Below, one piece after another: positions 40,005 through 53,623 of a stretch of DNA of 64,000 bases (the first letter of the stretch is position 1; each line of letters begins with the position of its first letter). Below the pieces are notes generated by a model, which worked only from the letters and a program-made list of their open reading frames with translations, had not been told where the DNA came from and ran no database searches. Source of the DNA: Octopus vulgaris (Eukaryota); NCBI GenBank assembly GCA_951406725.2, contig OX597836.1, positions 48,670,001 to 48,734,000 of the forward strand, given 5' to 3'. The position numbers were made by a program, and so were the translations under genes.

Positions 40005-40083
<79 letters not shown>

Positions 40084-40157
40084 CACACACACACACACAA
40101 TAAAGAAAAATCATTTAAAAACGGTAAGTTATCACCCGAATATTTTTGGGCACTGAC

Positions 40158-40298
40158 CCATTCTTCAGCGGTGATGTGACCATCACTGTCGAAATCTGCC
40201 ACGGCCTGGAGCTTTTCCCACACCGACAGGAACACATTGCAGGCACGAACCCTCTCCTCCTGGCCATCGCTCTTCCAGCCGCTTATTCGACATATCTC
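40158..40298 (-). CDS. Calexcitin/SCP-like, exon 3 (EF-hand 2)
   Basis: tcacag| EICRISGW...VWEKLQAVADFDSDGHITAEEW |GTCAGT; canonical loop DFDSDGHITAEE. Confidence 0.94.
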
Positions 40299-40839
40299 CT
40301 GTGAACAGAGAAACGGCTGATGCATGTCAATACACACACACATACATATATAACATACATATATGTCAACACACATACACATACATATATACGTACATAC
40401 ATACATACACACATACATACATACATACATACACATACATACATCCATGCATGCATTCATACATAAATACATACATACATATATACTCACATACATACAT
40501 ACACACATACATACATGAATACATACATACATGCACACATACATGCATACATACACACGCCCATACATACACACATACATATATGGAGGCTTGGATGGAT
40601 ACATGCGTACATACATGCATACATACACACATACATACATGTATACATACTTACATACATAGGTGTATATATGTTTGCATATATGTATGTATTTAATATG
40701 TTTTATAAAAAATTCTTGATACAATAACAAGTATTTAAAAGAAAAATCCCTGAAATTAAAATTTATTCTTACGTTTATTTATTTATTTTGCAATATTCCT
40801 GATGTGAAATCATGTGTTGAAACATATATTGTTATATTT

Positions 40840-41205
40840 TGGGACGGTCATTTTTTCTTGCCAAATAAACACACGCACTGTATATTCGCTCTTCACTTCA
40901 GATTTATTATTGTTCTTATTTTACGTCCTTTGTCTGGAAATCTTTCGTCACACGTCTTGTGACCTCTTCAGCAACTCTCCATTCCGCGTGTCTCCTCCTG
41001 TTCTATTTACTCGGTTCTCTAAATAGAATGGAGTAAACAGAACAGAAGGAGACACGTGGGATGGAGAATCGTTGAAGAGATCGCAGAATGTGTGACGAAA
41101 GATTTCCAAACAAAGAAAATCCAATAATAAATCCGAAGTGGAAAACGAATTTGTGGTGCGTGCGTTTATTTGGTAAAAAAGAATAAAAAATGACCACCGC
41201 AAAAT
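40840..41205. repeat. Imperfect fold-back of two diverged Penelope-like ends, each with a hammerhead-like core
   Basis: Arms about 40840-41012 and 41028-41205. Minus strand near 40970: CTGAAGA-g-gtcaca-agacg-tgtgac-GAAA. Plus strand near 41072: TTGAAGA...tgtgac-GAAA. Confidence 0.65.
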
Positions 41206-41594
41206 TTATTAATTACATAAAAGACTTTAATAAAAGTGGATTAACACAGACTTTATGGAAGGAAGTTTTAGTGTAAGCACCTTTCACGCACAAACGTGCA
41301 TAAGCATAAGCATTTACATGAGTAGAAAGCATCCGGTGCCAGTGGACACTTACTACTGATGAAGCTCAAAGAAGCAGAAATTCGGATTTAGAAATTCCAC
41401 CGTCGCTGCTGGACGACTTCCATCTGCTGCTGTTATATTTTTGGTCTTTTTTTTAATACTATAAGAGATACTTTCTCGAAACGAATACCGCAGTTTAGAA
41501 GACTTTCAACAGTATATATTACTTTAAGTATGCTACAGATGACTAATTTGAACTAATATGATATTCGTTCCGTCGCTAATAACGAATGTACACA

Positions 41595-41690
<96 letters not shown>

Positions 41691-42592
41691 CGTACGCACA
41701 CACACACACTCACACACACATACATGTATGTATATATATATATAACAAAATGAAGGATAAAATGTTAGGTTAATCAGAATTGAAGTCATTCGTTTCGTTT
41801 TCAGTTCATCATCTGCTTCATTGTTAAAAGTTTGGATGGGACGCGACGGTTCCAAGTAAAGAAACAAATATCGTAACTTCGGAAAGTTCTGCTCTAAGGA
41901 TCCCGGGTCTGATCTCATTGCGTGACATTATGGAGGAAAATTATGGAAAACGGAAACTGTGTAGGTGCCTGACAGGTGGATTGTTTCTCTAGTTTACAAT
42001 GTCTTGTCACATAATGTGTCATTCCGCCACACATGTCTATGCTATGCTCATACGTAATTCAGAGACAAATAATATTGTTGAACGAACAACCGGATCCTCA
42101 TCGACGAACGACGGAGAACCACCATAAACCAGAACTATGTTCTAGTTATATTTATTCGCTTTTCATTTTCAGAACGTTTCCAGCTTCCATTACTTTTCCT
42201 TTTTAACATGAAAGTCTTTCGGGGCGTCCATGTTTCTAGACCTTCACGGTGCCATTTTCTCTTGAAACATCGTACATAGAACCCAACCCCAAACAACACT
42301 AAGCACAGAAGAGGCATTCATTGTAAAATAAACGGTTGCCAGACCCACTGCACTCTCCACAGGATCATTAGAACGGAAACGAACCACCTAGGCATTTGAT
42401 CTGTTAGAAATAGCAGCTAAATTTCCTTAAAAAATCATCTTACTGTTTTTAAAAACAGGCAGGACACGTTATTGTAATCATAGATGCATTATGTTTTAAA
42501 ATGATTGGATGGTCATAGTTGGAGATCCTATATTCACAGGTCTGCTCTACATGAGAAACATCATGAACCACAATATTTGATCTGTAACTTAC

Positions 42593-42645
42593 CTGTCTGC
42601 ATAAGTCGAAGTCTTTCCAGTCTAAATATCCACTTTTGTTAAAAT
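42593..42645 (-). CDS. Calexcitin/SCP-like, exon 2 (EF-hand 1)
   Basis: ccaacag|AT TTT...: (D)FNKSGYLDWKDFDLCRQ |GTAAGT; 53 nt. Not in the ORF track, but its phases fit exons 1 and 3. Confidence 0.92.
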
Positions 42646-43179
42646 CTGTTGGAGTAGAAAGAAAGAATGAAAGAAAGAAAGAAGGAAAGAAGGAATTAAA
42701 GAATTAAAAAAGAGAGGAAGAAAGAAGGAAAGAAAGGAAGAATGAATGAAATAAAAAAAGAAAGAATGAAAGAAAAAAGAATGAATGAAACAAAGATAGG
42801 AAAAGAAAGAAAGAAAGAAAAGTGCGTTTACTGATAAGAGTGGAATAGTTCGGCAACCCAACCCTGGCCATCCCCTCCTGCCGTTGTCTACATAGAGCTT
42901 TGTTGGCTTTAGCGCAGCGTTTGGACGAGTGGAAGATTTAGGGAGAAGAATCGGTAAAAGATTACGTAGAGGTTTACCTCTCACCTCAGACTCACTCACA
43001 TTCATGACATTCTTGCACAAAAACATATATACACAAATGCATAAAAAAAACATGTTTGTGTATGTGTGTGCGCGTGCGTCAGGTGTGTATATATATATAT
43101 GTGTATATGTGTATGTAAATGCATGTATGTATGTAGGTAGGTATATAAATATATATATATATATGTATGTGTGTGTGTA

Positions 43180-43556
43180 TCTCTATATATATAAACGGCA
43201 AAATGTCTGTGTGTGTGTGTGTGTGTGTGTATGTCCTTTATACACATCCACAATTTTTCAGTTAGAGGGCTCGCACTTTCTATGGTCATTCAAAACCGTC
43301 CAAGGGTGGTCGTACACATCTTTACATTTCCCCAGTCACCCCGCAAAGCCATTAAAAAATCAATAGAAGTGACTTTTTTGTGAATTTTCTATCCAAAACC
43401 CAATCAATGCCCGAAACTTGATATGCCAATTGAATGCCAGCTAGCTGTATGTGATTGGTCGGAGATTTGGACAGTACTCACGTGTATGTGTGCATGCATG
43501 CAGCTGTATATGCATGCACTAGCGCTATGACCCGTAACGCTGGGTCATAGTGCTAG
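43180..43556 (+). mobile_element. Non-autonomous Helitron
   Basis: 5' A|TC-TCTATATATATAAA; 3' hairpin ctagcgctatgaccc...gggtcatagtg ending CTAG|T; no TSD. Confidence 0.75.
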
Positions 43557-43567
43557 TAGATATATAT

Positions 43568-43637
<70 letters not shown>

Positions 43638-44389
43638 TTGGAATTTACAAAAAAACAAAAGTCGAAGACGGCTGTGTAGACAACAAACAGGTGTATTGGT
43701 TTAACGCTCGGGAAGGTGAGAAAGTCTTTTACGTTTCGAGCCTAAGCGCTTCAACAGAAAGGAACATGAGAAAATAAACAGAAAGAGAATAAAAAAAGCT
43801 TTAGTGGCTAGAGGTCAATCATGGCGATGGCCGGGCAGAGATGGTCAGACAGGAAAGCTAGAAAGAAAGGGAGATAATAAAGTAGTGGTAATCCCAAAAC
43901 GAATGTGTGCGTGCGTGTGTATGTGAGAGTGTGTGTGTGTGCGTGTGGATAGGGGCTGGTGACTTTGATGTGTGGGTATATATATATGTATGTATGTGTG
44001 TGTGTGTATGTATGTATGTATGTATGTATGTATGTATGTATGTATATGTGTGTGTATATGTATGAATGTATGTGTGCGTGCGTATGAATGTGAATTTAAA
44101 TATTTAAACTGTTTCCCAAGCTGTAGTTGGAGAAAGTGTAAACTTTTTAAGAAGCAATCATCCCAGACATTTGTATGTTACCTTGTATCCACCCGGGATC
44201 GATTCCCTGAACAGGTGTTAATCTAGACCCCTCAACCTCCCCCCTCCCGCTTTCCCATACAAATTTATGTCTTTTATACAACATTTGGCAAATATTTACT
44301 GCGTTGCTGTGGCAACGGCCAGCTGGACTCTGGTCATTAGACTGGAAACTGAAATGTGTTATTATTTATTTATTACAATTTAATTATCT

Positions 44390-44441
<52 letters not shown>

Positions 44442-44619
44442 TGCATATATCCACCCATCCATCCATTTATATATCTATATATTTAAAAAAATGTTTACCT
44501 GTTTCAGCCTTGAAAGTTTTTAATCGAACAAATCAACTCCAGCAGATATTTTTAAACGTCAAATTACGGGGACATAAATAAACCAACCCCGGTTGTGAGG
44601 CCATGACTCTGTTCCTCAC

Positions 44620-46200
44620 TTATAGATAATGAACCTTTTTAAGGTTCCCAGTGCTGAAGTCATCGCCATTAAGAGACTGATTGGTCCACAAAGCTACGAG
44701 TATCGATTAGAATTGAAGCTATCACTCTCGTCATTTACAGAATTAAAGAATCGACAGGGCCCTTTCCGGATGTCAGCTTCTTTGAATTTTGTGTTGGCAA
44801 TGAATCCCTGGTCAGCCCCGAGAAAGAAATGTAAAGGTTACACGATGAGAGCTGCAGATGAAAGAAAGCAATTTCACTCACGCTTGTTGATGACTTTCAG
44901 CTGTATTCAGGTAATATCCCCGACACCAGGAAGCGGTGAGAACTGGACAAAACATTCTCACAGGACATAGAAAAGGAGTTTGGTCAAGACAAGTGTTCAC
45001 ATTTGGTGGTGAAACCAGGAAAACTTGTCGGCCAGGCAAAGAATATGGATACCAATGGCCTGTCTGTCTCCTCTATCGCCAGTGATGAAGGCTACAAATA
45101 CCTTGGAATCAATGAGAATATTGTATGCGGCGGTGCTGTGAGTGAAGCTGAATCGACAAAGGAATATTTCAGCAGATCTCACAAGGTATGGAGGCCTGAG
45201 CTGTCTGCGTCCGGTAAGGACATATCCCACAATGCATTCGCAGTGCCAGTGCTAGTAACATTTGGAACACAAGACTGGACACTCGAAGCAACCCACAGCC
45301 TGGACATCAAGATAAAAAAGAAAATGGTACCTTCCATATCAACAGTGACACTGACAGAAACAATGTTAAACGGAAGGAGGGAGAATAAAAGTCCAGACGG
45401 CCTTTGAGTGCCGCATCGTGAAACACTTAAGCGACATCAGCTGAACAGCAATTAGAGGAATTAATATAAAGATGAGAGTAGTAAAGCGAAAGAAAGAAAT
45501 AACATCGTCTAAATAGGGTGAAGAACTCTTGAAAAGATACACCGAGTGTACAACTGTTCCATGATGTGTGGACTGACCGACTGAAAGTTGAAGGAGAAAT
45601 ATCAAACCAGCAGAAAGTTATCTAAGGGTCCATATCCCGCAAGCAGGAGAATTCCTACAATAGTGACGAGAATGGTAACCTCTCCGGCATCTGCAACAGA
45701 TACATCAGATCTTATCGAGAAGGCCATGTGTTTGGAATCCAGGAGCGGGAAAAAGCTACAAAATACTCGATCAACAAGAAAAATAAAGACGCTTCTAAAT
45801 CTCCACATTGTGACAGAAAGTGTTGATTGCCTCTTACTGCCGGGGAAGATATTATCCATATCACAAGCAACTGTCCTCCAAATGTCCGTATAATACTACC
45901 TTCCTATGAGACATGACATTGTAGCTAAGATGGTCTACAGTGCAGGAAGGATTGTCCATAGGCACACCTGAACCAAAATGTATCCACACCTTTAACAATG
46001 AAAAATGTTAAAAACAGCAAGTTGGTGTAAGCAGAAGTCATGTACTGTTGTAGAGACCATCTGCCTGGCTGGTGGGAATATTTGGTGAAGAATTGGGGGA
46101 AAGGTGAACATCTATTAAAAAAACTGATAAGGAAGCTACATCTCGTATATCCAGGCTACAGACTCTCGTGTGTTCCATGTGTGCATAGGTGCACTGGGCT
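44620..46200 (+). mobile_element. Heavily decayed R4/Dong-like RLE LINE (RT C-terminal half)
   Basis: GYKYLGINENI...KEYFSRSHKVWRPELSASGKDISHNAFAVPVLVTFGTQDWT...; YYLPMRHDIVA near 45895. Confidence 0.75.
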
Positions 46201-46365
46201 ATGCAACAACAGATCTGCATGAAAAGAAAAAAAAGAGCCGACGGATTCGTATTTCTCAGATACGGTCATTTAGAGGAGCAGGGAACATTTGTAAAACATT
46301 TCAGGGATTCTCCGTTTGAGGGTTTTTTGAAGGAAACATATGCACACATTCACGTATACATGTGG

Positions 46366-46444
<79 letters not shown>

Positions 46445-47382
46445 CAAGCAATTCAGGTAACCACAAACATCAAGGACTCTCTTGATTTAAGCAAAAGAGA
46501 TTTGACACTTTGTGACCGGTTGGAATTCTTTAAAAGAATTAGATAATACATTAAAAAATCTATCACACAGAGCCACACATACATACAAGTATCCACAGAT
46601 ACGCGTACAAACAAATAGATATATAGATACATACATACATACGCACGCACACATACATACATACATACATACATACATACATACATACATACATGCATAC
46701 ATACATACATACATACATACATACATACATACATACATACATACATACATACATACATACATACATACATACATACATACATACATACATACATGCAAGC
46801 ATATATACATGCATATATGCACATAAACTCGTTGAATTTGACTTGAAAGGCAGTTACAGTTTATTTAATCTAAAATCAATACCATAATGGGGCAGTTAAA
46901 TTTGCTAAGTCCGGGGACACACACACACACACGTTGTTTAGCAGATGCTGTCTCTGTGAAGCCATTCAACACATGAAGGTTGTCTGCGATGATCTCAAGC
47001 CTTTTCATTCCTCATTTTTAAAAATTTTGTCTACGAAAGATATTAATTTTTTGTTCTATTTTTGTTCTTTTTTTTCCAGAAGCTTCCATTTAGGTGAAGC
47101 TCTTGTAGATTTTATTGTACTCGGAGTGAATGTCCTCGACAGATCGGCGAAGTGTCTCCAGTGGTGCTAATCACAAAACTGGCACCGATGCCACGAAGGA
47201 AATGGTTCGTGGAATATTGGTCAGGCTGTCAGATTTCGAAAACCAAACTGAAGAAGCCTTTCCAGACTTTTCAAATACGGTACAACACATACATACATAC
47301 ATACATACATACATACATACATACATACATACATACATACATACATACATACATACATACATGCATATGCAACAAAACACGT

Positions 47383-48665
47383 GCCACTAAAGAATATTAT
47401 AGCCGAATAAAGAAAATTTGGACCTCAGAACTCTCTCCATTCAATGAAACAGTGGCCCACAATCTGTTTGCAGCACCAACATTTGGGCTGCTTGATTGGA
47501 CGCTTGATGAGATCCGAGCCATTCATGTGAAAACCCGAAAAATACTAACAAGCACACATAATTTCCTCATAAACACTGACCACCTCTACCGAATACGAAA
47601 ACAAAGCGGAAGAGGCTTAATATCGATCCAAAATTCCTTTGAATATCGCATTATATTCTTTCGGCAACATCTTTTAATCGCCAAGCGTCGAAGTGCATCC
47701 TTTGACCAAGTTTGCACACATGAGTCTGATAACATCATAAGACTTGGAAGGCAGCTCCTTGGGCAACACCCTTTGACTGATAACCTGGAATACATGCCCA
47801 AGGAAATTGCACAACTCTACTGCAACGTATCATCAGATGAAAGGATGAGCCTTTATGAGCAAAAGACTATGCATGGATATGTTAGTGGAAAGCTCCGTGA
47901 TGATAGAAACATCGATCATCAAAGCAGTCTATCATGGTCCAATAGCCGGATTACTACCTCCCACTTTGAAGGGTATGCGTTTGCAATCCAGAAACAGGAA
48001 ATATCAACCGAGTACCTGATGCATAAAAGGGATAGAGATGCAGGTAAAGCCATAAAATGTGACAACCGATGCAGACTTTATAGAATTCACACCGAAGATA
48101 TTACCCGCATCATAAGCAGTTGTCCGAAAATGTCATCACAGTATTATCTACCGATGAGACATGACGTTGTAGCTAGGACACTCTATAATGAAATCCGTCG
48201 GAAGGATAATCCCGAAGACAAAGAAACAAGAACCCACAATATGGTAGAAGCCATAGCCACTCATAATGAAAAGGAACACCGGTGGAATGTCCCGGTGAAG
48301 ACCTCAGTAAAATTTAAGCTCAACAAACCTGATAGAATGATTTGGGATAGAGAAGAGAAACTGTGCACAGTTGTGGACATTAGCTGCTCAGCGAATATTT
48401 ACATAAAGCTGAAGATCAGTGAAAAAGAGAATACCTACGCTGAACTATTTGAGAAGTCTGCAGTTACTCTATCCAGATTACAAGTTCAGGTTTATACCTA
48501 TAATTATTGGTGTACCTGGAATATGTAACACACTGTCTAAATACCAATCTTGAGAAATTAGGTTTCTCATAACCAGAAGGAGAAAGCTAATTCGAAGACT
48601 ACAGATCCAATCCATCACTGGAATTGTAAAAATCTGTAAAACTTTCCAGGAGTTTATCATTTAAA
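47383..48665 (+). mobile_element. 5'-truncated R4/Dong-like RLE non-LTR retrotransposon
   Basis: KEYYSRIKKIWTSELS..., GRGL, MHG, degenerate CCHC knuckle (CRLY...ITRIISSCPKM), RHD and KPD..IWD...VVDISC RLE motifs. Abuts (TACA)n. Confidence 0.88.
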
Positions 48666-49440
48666 TATATATGAGCTAATCAGAACCATTCCTATCCCAG
48701 TAATATGTAATTCAGCCATAACCAAATGAAAACAGAACACTGGTTTTATAGATAGGAAAAGAACCAGTCAGAATTAACCATCATACACACACACACACGC
48801 ACACACGCATGCGCGTGATAGACTGAATGACGCATAACACATAATCGTAAGTTCAAGTCGCAACAACCCTTTCTCTCCTCTTCGATATTCTCTGTCTGAC
48901 CCTGATTGCGGTCAACAGGTTTTGATCGTCGCAATGCAGGGCTGTTAGTTGTTTCTCTTTCATCCAAATTGTCGCCTTCACCCGTTGAGATTCACCCAGC
49001 TTCCTCGTTTTCTTCCGTTTGATCATTCGTTGCATTCGTTACTCAAGATCGAATGTGATCCGAACGTCTGCACACAACTTGACCCCTTGGCGAACGCAAA
49101 TTGATCAAACTTGCAAAAGTTTCAACGACTGTTGCTGGTTGCCACCACGGCTCATGGAGAGGTCGAGTATACCCAGCACCAGACGCTTTCATTTGTGGTC
49201 CTTCCTTGTTCTTCACATTCATTCGTTTTTGTTTTTCTTCAACATTTTTGTGCGATGACGAGAATAAAAGGTCGAATCTCGTTTGCAGGTTGCGACCAAA
49301 CAACAACTCAGCTGCAGACTTGTCTGCAGATTCAGTCGGGGTCGTGCGACAGGCAAAAAGTAAACGATCCAGCTTAGTCTGGTATTTTCTGGCACTTTGC
49401 TCAAATACCGTCCGAACAGCTCATTCTGCTGGGCCGTTTG

Positions 49441-49510
49441 AAGACAGACGCGTTACACCTCGACTTTGCAAAAGCCTTTGATAAAGTCGTCCATAGGATG
49501 ATATATCACA
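49441..49510 (+). mobile_element. Tiny LINE reverse-transcriptase remnant
   Basis: Translates to DALHLDFAKAFDKVVH (RT 'DF.KAFD.V.H' motif). Confidence 0.55.
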
Positions 49511-49518
49511 ATCTTTCA

Positions 49519-49920
49519 AGGCGGCGAGGTGGCAGAATCGTTAGCACGCCGGGCGAAATGCTTAGCGGTATTTCGTCTGCCGCTACGTTCTGAGTTCAAA
49601 TTCCGCCGAGGTCGACTTTGCCTTTCATCCTTTCGGGGTCGATAAATTAAGTACCAGTTACGCACTGGGGTCGATATAATCGACTTAATCCGTTTGTCTG
49701 TCCTTGTTTGTCCCCTCTGTGTTTAGCCCCTTATGGGTAGTAAAAAAAAAAGGTACTTCGTCTGCCGCTACGTTCTGAGTTCAAATTCCACCGCGGTCGA
49801 CTTTGCCTTTCATCCTATCGGGGTCGATAAATTAAGTATCAGTTGCGTACTGGGGTTGATCTAATCGACTGGCCCCCTCTCTCAAAATGTCGGGCCTTGT
49901 GCCTAGAATAGAAAAGAATA
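49519..49920 (+). mobile_element. Young SINE family A copy with internal duplication
   Basis: Complete head aggcggcgaggtggcagaatcgttagcacgccgggcg, CpG-rich, duplicated core. Confidence 0.85.
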
Positions 49921-49931
49921 AACTGCTTAGC

Positions 49932-49983
<52 letters not shown>

Positions 49984-51112
49984 ATATATATTGTTCATAG
50001 ACGAGATCCAGGTGTTCTCTGTATAGAATACACTTGGAAGCGCTCAAGAGATTCAAACTTGAGCGGGTTTAGAAGCAAATTAGATCAATATATAAAGTGT
50101 ATATATGTGTGTGTATGTGTATGTAAACACATATATGTGCGTGTGTACGTTCACACACACACACCGAGGCATACTTATCCATGTATAAGACATACGTTGA
50201 CAATCTCTGAGTTCCAGCCCTGACTGGGCTGCGCACAGCTGTTCACTTTTATATAAGCAACACATTAATCCACTTTACCTGCCATATTGATTTCTATTAT
50301 ACGAAAATACATTTTAATATACTTTCCCGAGCCTAAGGCGGCGTTTTTGCAGAAGCGTTTGCGAGCCGGATAGAATGCTTAGCAGCATTTCATCCGTCTT
50401 TACGTTCTGAGTTCTAATTCCGCGAGGTCAACTTCACTTTTTATCCTTTTTTGATCGACTTACCCCACTCCCCACGAAAGGGCTGGTGTTGTGCCTAAAT
50501 TCGAAATCAATATACTTTACTACACACGCAGTGAGCTAATTAAAAAGGAGAAATTTGCCGAGGGACTGTGTGTGTGTGTGGAGTGTTGCTTTCCTTTGCT
50601 CGTTCACTCCCTCCTGTATATTTGTGCGTATGTTGCTGGTGGCAGAACACGAGTTGCAGAAGATACCTTTTCCCAAAGAAAGGACCTCTGGCTATGTACG
50701 TCTATATTCTTTGAAAAACGAAAAAACATTCTATAACTGCAGGCGCAGCAATAAGCATTGGAAAAATTAAGGATTAGAAAAAAAAAAAAAACTATTAGTT
50801 TACAGTAATTAATATGAATTAGCACAGAATTTTATTTAAAAGAAGTTTATTTTCCGTGAAAGAAAAAAGAAGCCAAAAACAGTGTAAGAGTGAAATATTA
50901 TTTTGGGTTCTATGTTTTGTGGGGTGGATGTGGGGTGGGAGTGGGGTGGGAGTGGGGTGGGAGTGGAGCTGCGTAACCAGGAAGGTGAACACGAATCATC
51001 TTTTGAATGGATTGGATAAAACCATTCTCAGTGAATCGACATTCCTGAGGCAAATCGAAAATTGTCTGCAATATTTGAAAGTAATTCATCCAGATTGCAA
51101 GTGTGTGCGCGC

Positions 51113-51165
<53 letters not shown>

Positions 51166-51220
51166 TGCGTGTGTGTGTGTGTATGTATGTATGTGTATGA
51201 ATGTATGTATGTGTGTATGT

Positions 51221-51251
<31 letters not shown>

Positions 51252-51589
51252 CTATACGTCGGCTTTTAATTCGTAATTTAATTTACTTTAACACGTGCAA
51301 ATTTAATTTTCTTTTACATGAACAAATAGGCTTCACTCTATTTCCGTACAAGCTACAGATGATCCGAAATGATCCGAGTAAATGGTGTTGATAAGCCACA
51401 AGAATGGCGAAATATCGGTGTCTACCATTCTTTGTGATTCCGAGGCGAGTTGCGTCGCCTGGTCCGTGACATTCGGGGGTTCTTTAACCCTGGGCGTCGT
51501 TTGGGGAACTTTCCCCGGACACTTTCCGACGGTAAATTTGGCGTATAAACAAAACACACTGCATATGTGTAATTAATAATGTTTACACG

Positions 51590-51626
<37 letters not shown>

Positions 51627-52336
51627 GCACGCACGCACACACACACGCACACACACGCACACACAGACACACACACAAATTATGTACACACATATATATG
51701 TATGTGTGTGTCTGAATATGTTTACATGTTTATACGTTTATATACAAACATATATACATAGATATATATGTATAAGCATACACACACACGCACAGACGTA
51801 TATATATATACATACACACACATACATGCATTCATACAAATAGATAAATAGATACTTTTGAGCACTTGGGTGAAACGAAGTGGAGAAAAGAGCTGTCGGA
51901 TACCAAAGGCAGAGTAAAACAGTTTTTTTTAATGTTATTTGTATATTTTATAAACTATTACTCAGAGTTTCACATAATCGATCATTCGACAAAAGTGAAC
52001 TTCTGGGAAAATACAAGGCTTTATTAGAATATCACAGAATAATTACAATTTAATTCTCTCTCTATATATATATATATTAGAATTTAGAATTTAGAATTTA
52101 GCAGAAGCGACTCAAATAAAGGCCAGAGAGTTTCGTGCGTTAACACTTCTCAAAATAATTACAGATCGAAGAGCTGTGGGCTTATATAGCTGGTGAGAAA
52201 TGCATTTTCCTCTGGGTTGTTCTAGATCGAATATATATATGTATGTATATGTGTATGTCTTTATACACACACGCACGCACACATACATACATACATACAT
52301 ACGTACATACGTGCATACATGCATACATACATACAT

Positions 52337-52379
<43 letters not shown>

Positions 52380-52479
52380 AACATGCATAAATGTACATTA
52401 CATACACACGTGTATAAACATGTGTGTGTGTGTGTGTGTGTGTAATGTTTGAAGAGGCCGATAGGTCCCTGTCAACTTG

Positions 52480-53030
52480 ATAATGGCAATATAACTAGTG
52501 AGGGGATGATAGCTCCAAAAGCATGGGGCCGTGGTAAGAATGGGCTGGAAAATGTTCAGGGAGTTACCATTTCTACCTCTACTAATGTTCTTCCTCGATG
52601 TGAAGAGCAGATTGTGCGATGCCGGGGTTAGAAATGTTACGCTGCATGTCAGCGAGACGCGGGCCTGGAATGCAAAGGATTTGTGAAGGTTCGAAGAGAA
52701 ACGCTGCAAGCACACACCGATGGACGTGTAACATGAAGGCCAGATTACAAAGGGGTTGAGAGAAATACTGAGTATACGAGGAATCGGGTGCATTTGTCAA
52801 GAGCGGGTGGGCTGGAGATGATCTGCTCTGGCCATGTCATGTAAATGGGAAATGACCGGTGTATAAGGAAGTGGCGAACGATCCAAGTTGAGTGGAAACC
52901 GTGAAACGGGAAAGACCGGGAGGACCTGGGACGAAGTGTTAATAGGAAGACAGTGCATCTTGCGGCGGGGATGACAAAGGGGCCGGTTGATTGGTGATAG
53001 GTGGAGCTGCAGAAGACCTGACCATCCACT
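52480..53030 (+). mobile_element. Decayed RTE/BovB-like LINE 3' fragment
   Basis: Across frames: LHVSETRAWNAKDL*RF, REILSIRGIGC, GKTGRTWDEV; matches the RTE ORF2 C-terminus. Confidence 0.7.
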
Positions 53031-53425
53031 GCGAAAGGAACAATGAAACGATGGGATTTTTTTTTCATCTCACAAAGCCAACATTTGCGGCCTCCACTCA
53101 TAATCACGGTCAAAATAACCCGCATTGGGATTGAACCTGAGAACTCATGTTGGCGAAGCGGACTTTTAAACATTCGGTCATCAGAATCCAATGACTTGAA
53201 GCAAGAAAAGAAATAATAATGATGATGATGATGATGATTTCAAATTTTGACCGAAGACCTAAAATTTTGCGGTGAGGGGGCCAATCGATTGACATCGATC
53301 CCAATAATTGATTGGTGTTTTAGTTTATCGATCCCGAATGGATGAAAGACGACTTCGGGGGGATGTGAACTCGGCAGGTAAAGAACTGGATGAAATATGA
53401 TGAGAGAGAGAGAGAGTGGGGAGAT

Positions 53426-53515
<90 letters not shown>

Positions 53516-53532
53516 AATAATTCCGAACTTAC

Positions 53533-53623
53533 CAAAAAACGTATGGAACTCATGAAGAAGTTTCTCTTTGCGAAAACTGGAAATATCATTCTCTTGTGTT
53601 GCTGAACTGGTTTCGTTCCCCAT
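53533..53623 (-). CDS. Calexcitin/SCP-like, exon 1
   Basis: MGNETSSATQENDISSFRKEKLLHEFHTFF+G, donor |GTAAGT, phase 1. The 'S.F.K.KL...F.TFFD' calexcitin N-terminal pattern is present. Spliced CDS 663 nt = 220 aa. Confidence 0.9.

Noticed and set aside
47152-48528. 458-aa ORF as a host gene
   Set aside because: It fuses unrelated sequence, a (TACA)n tract and a truncated LINE lacking the RT catalytic core; the zinc knuckle is mutated.
48850-49440. Possible L1/Tx1 C-terminal remnant or gene fragment
   Set aside because: No diagnostic motif could be confirmed by eye.
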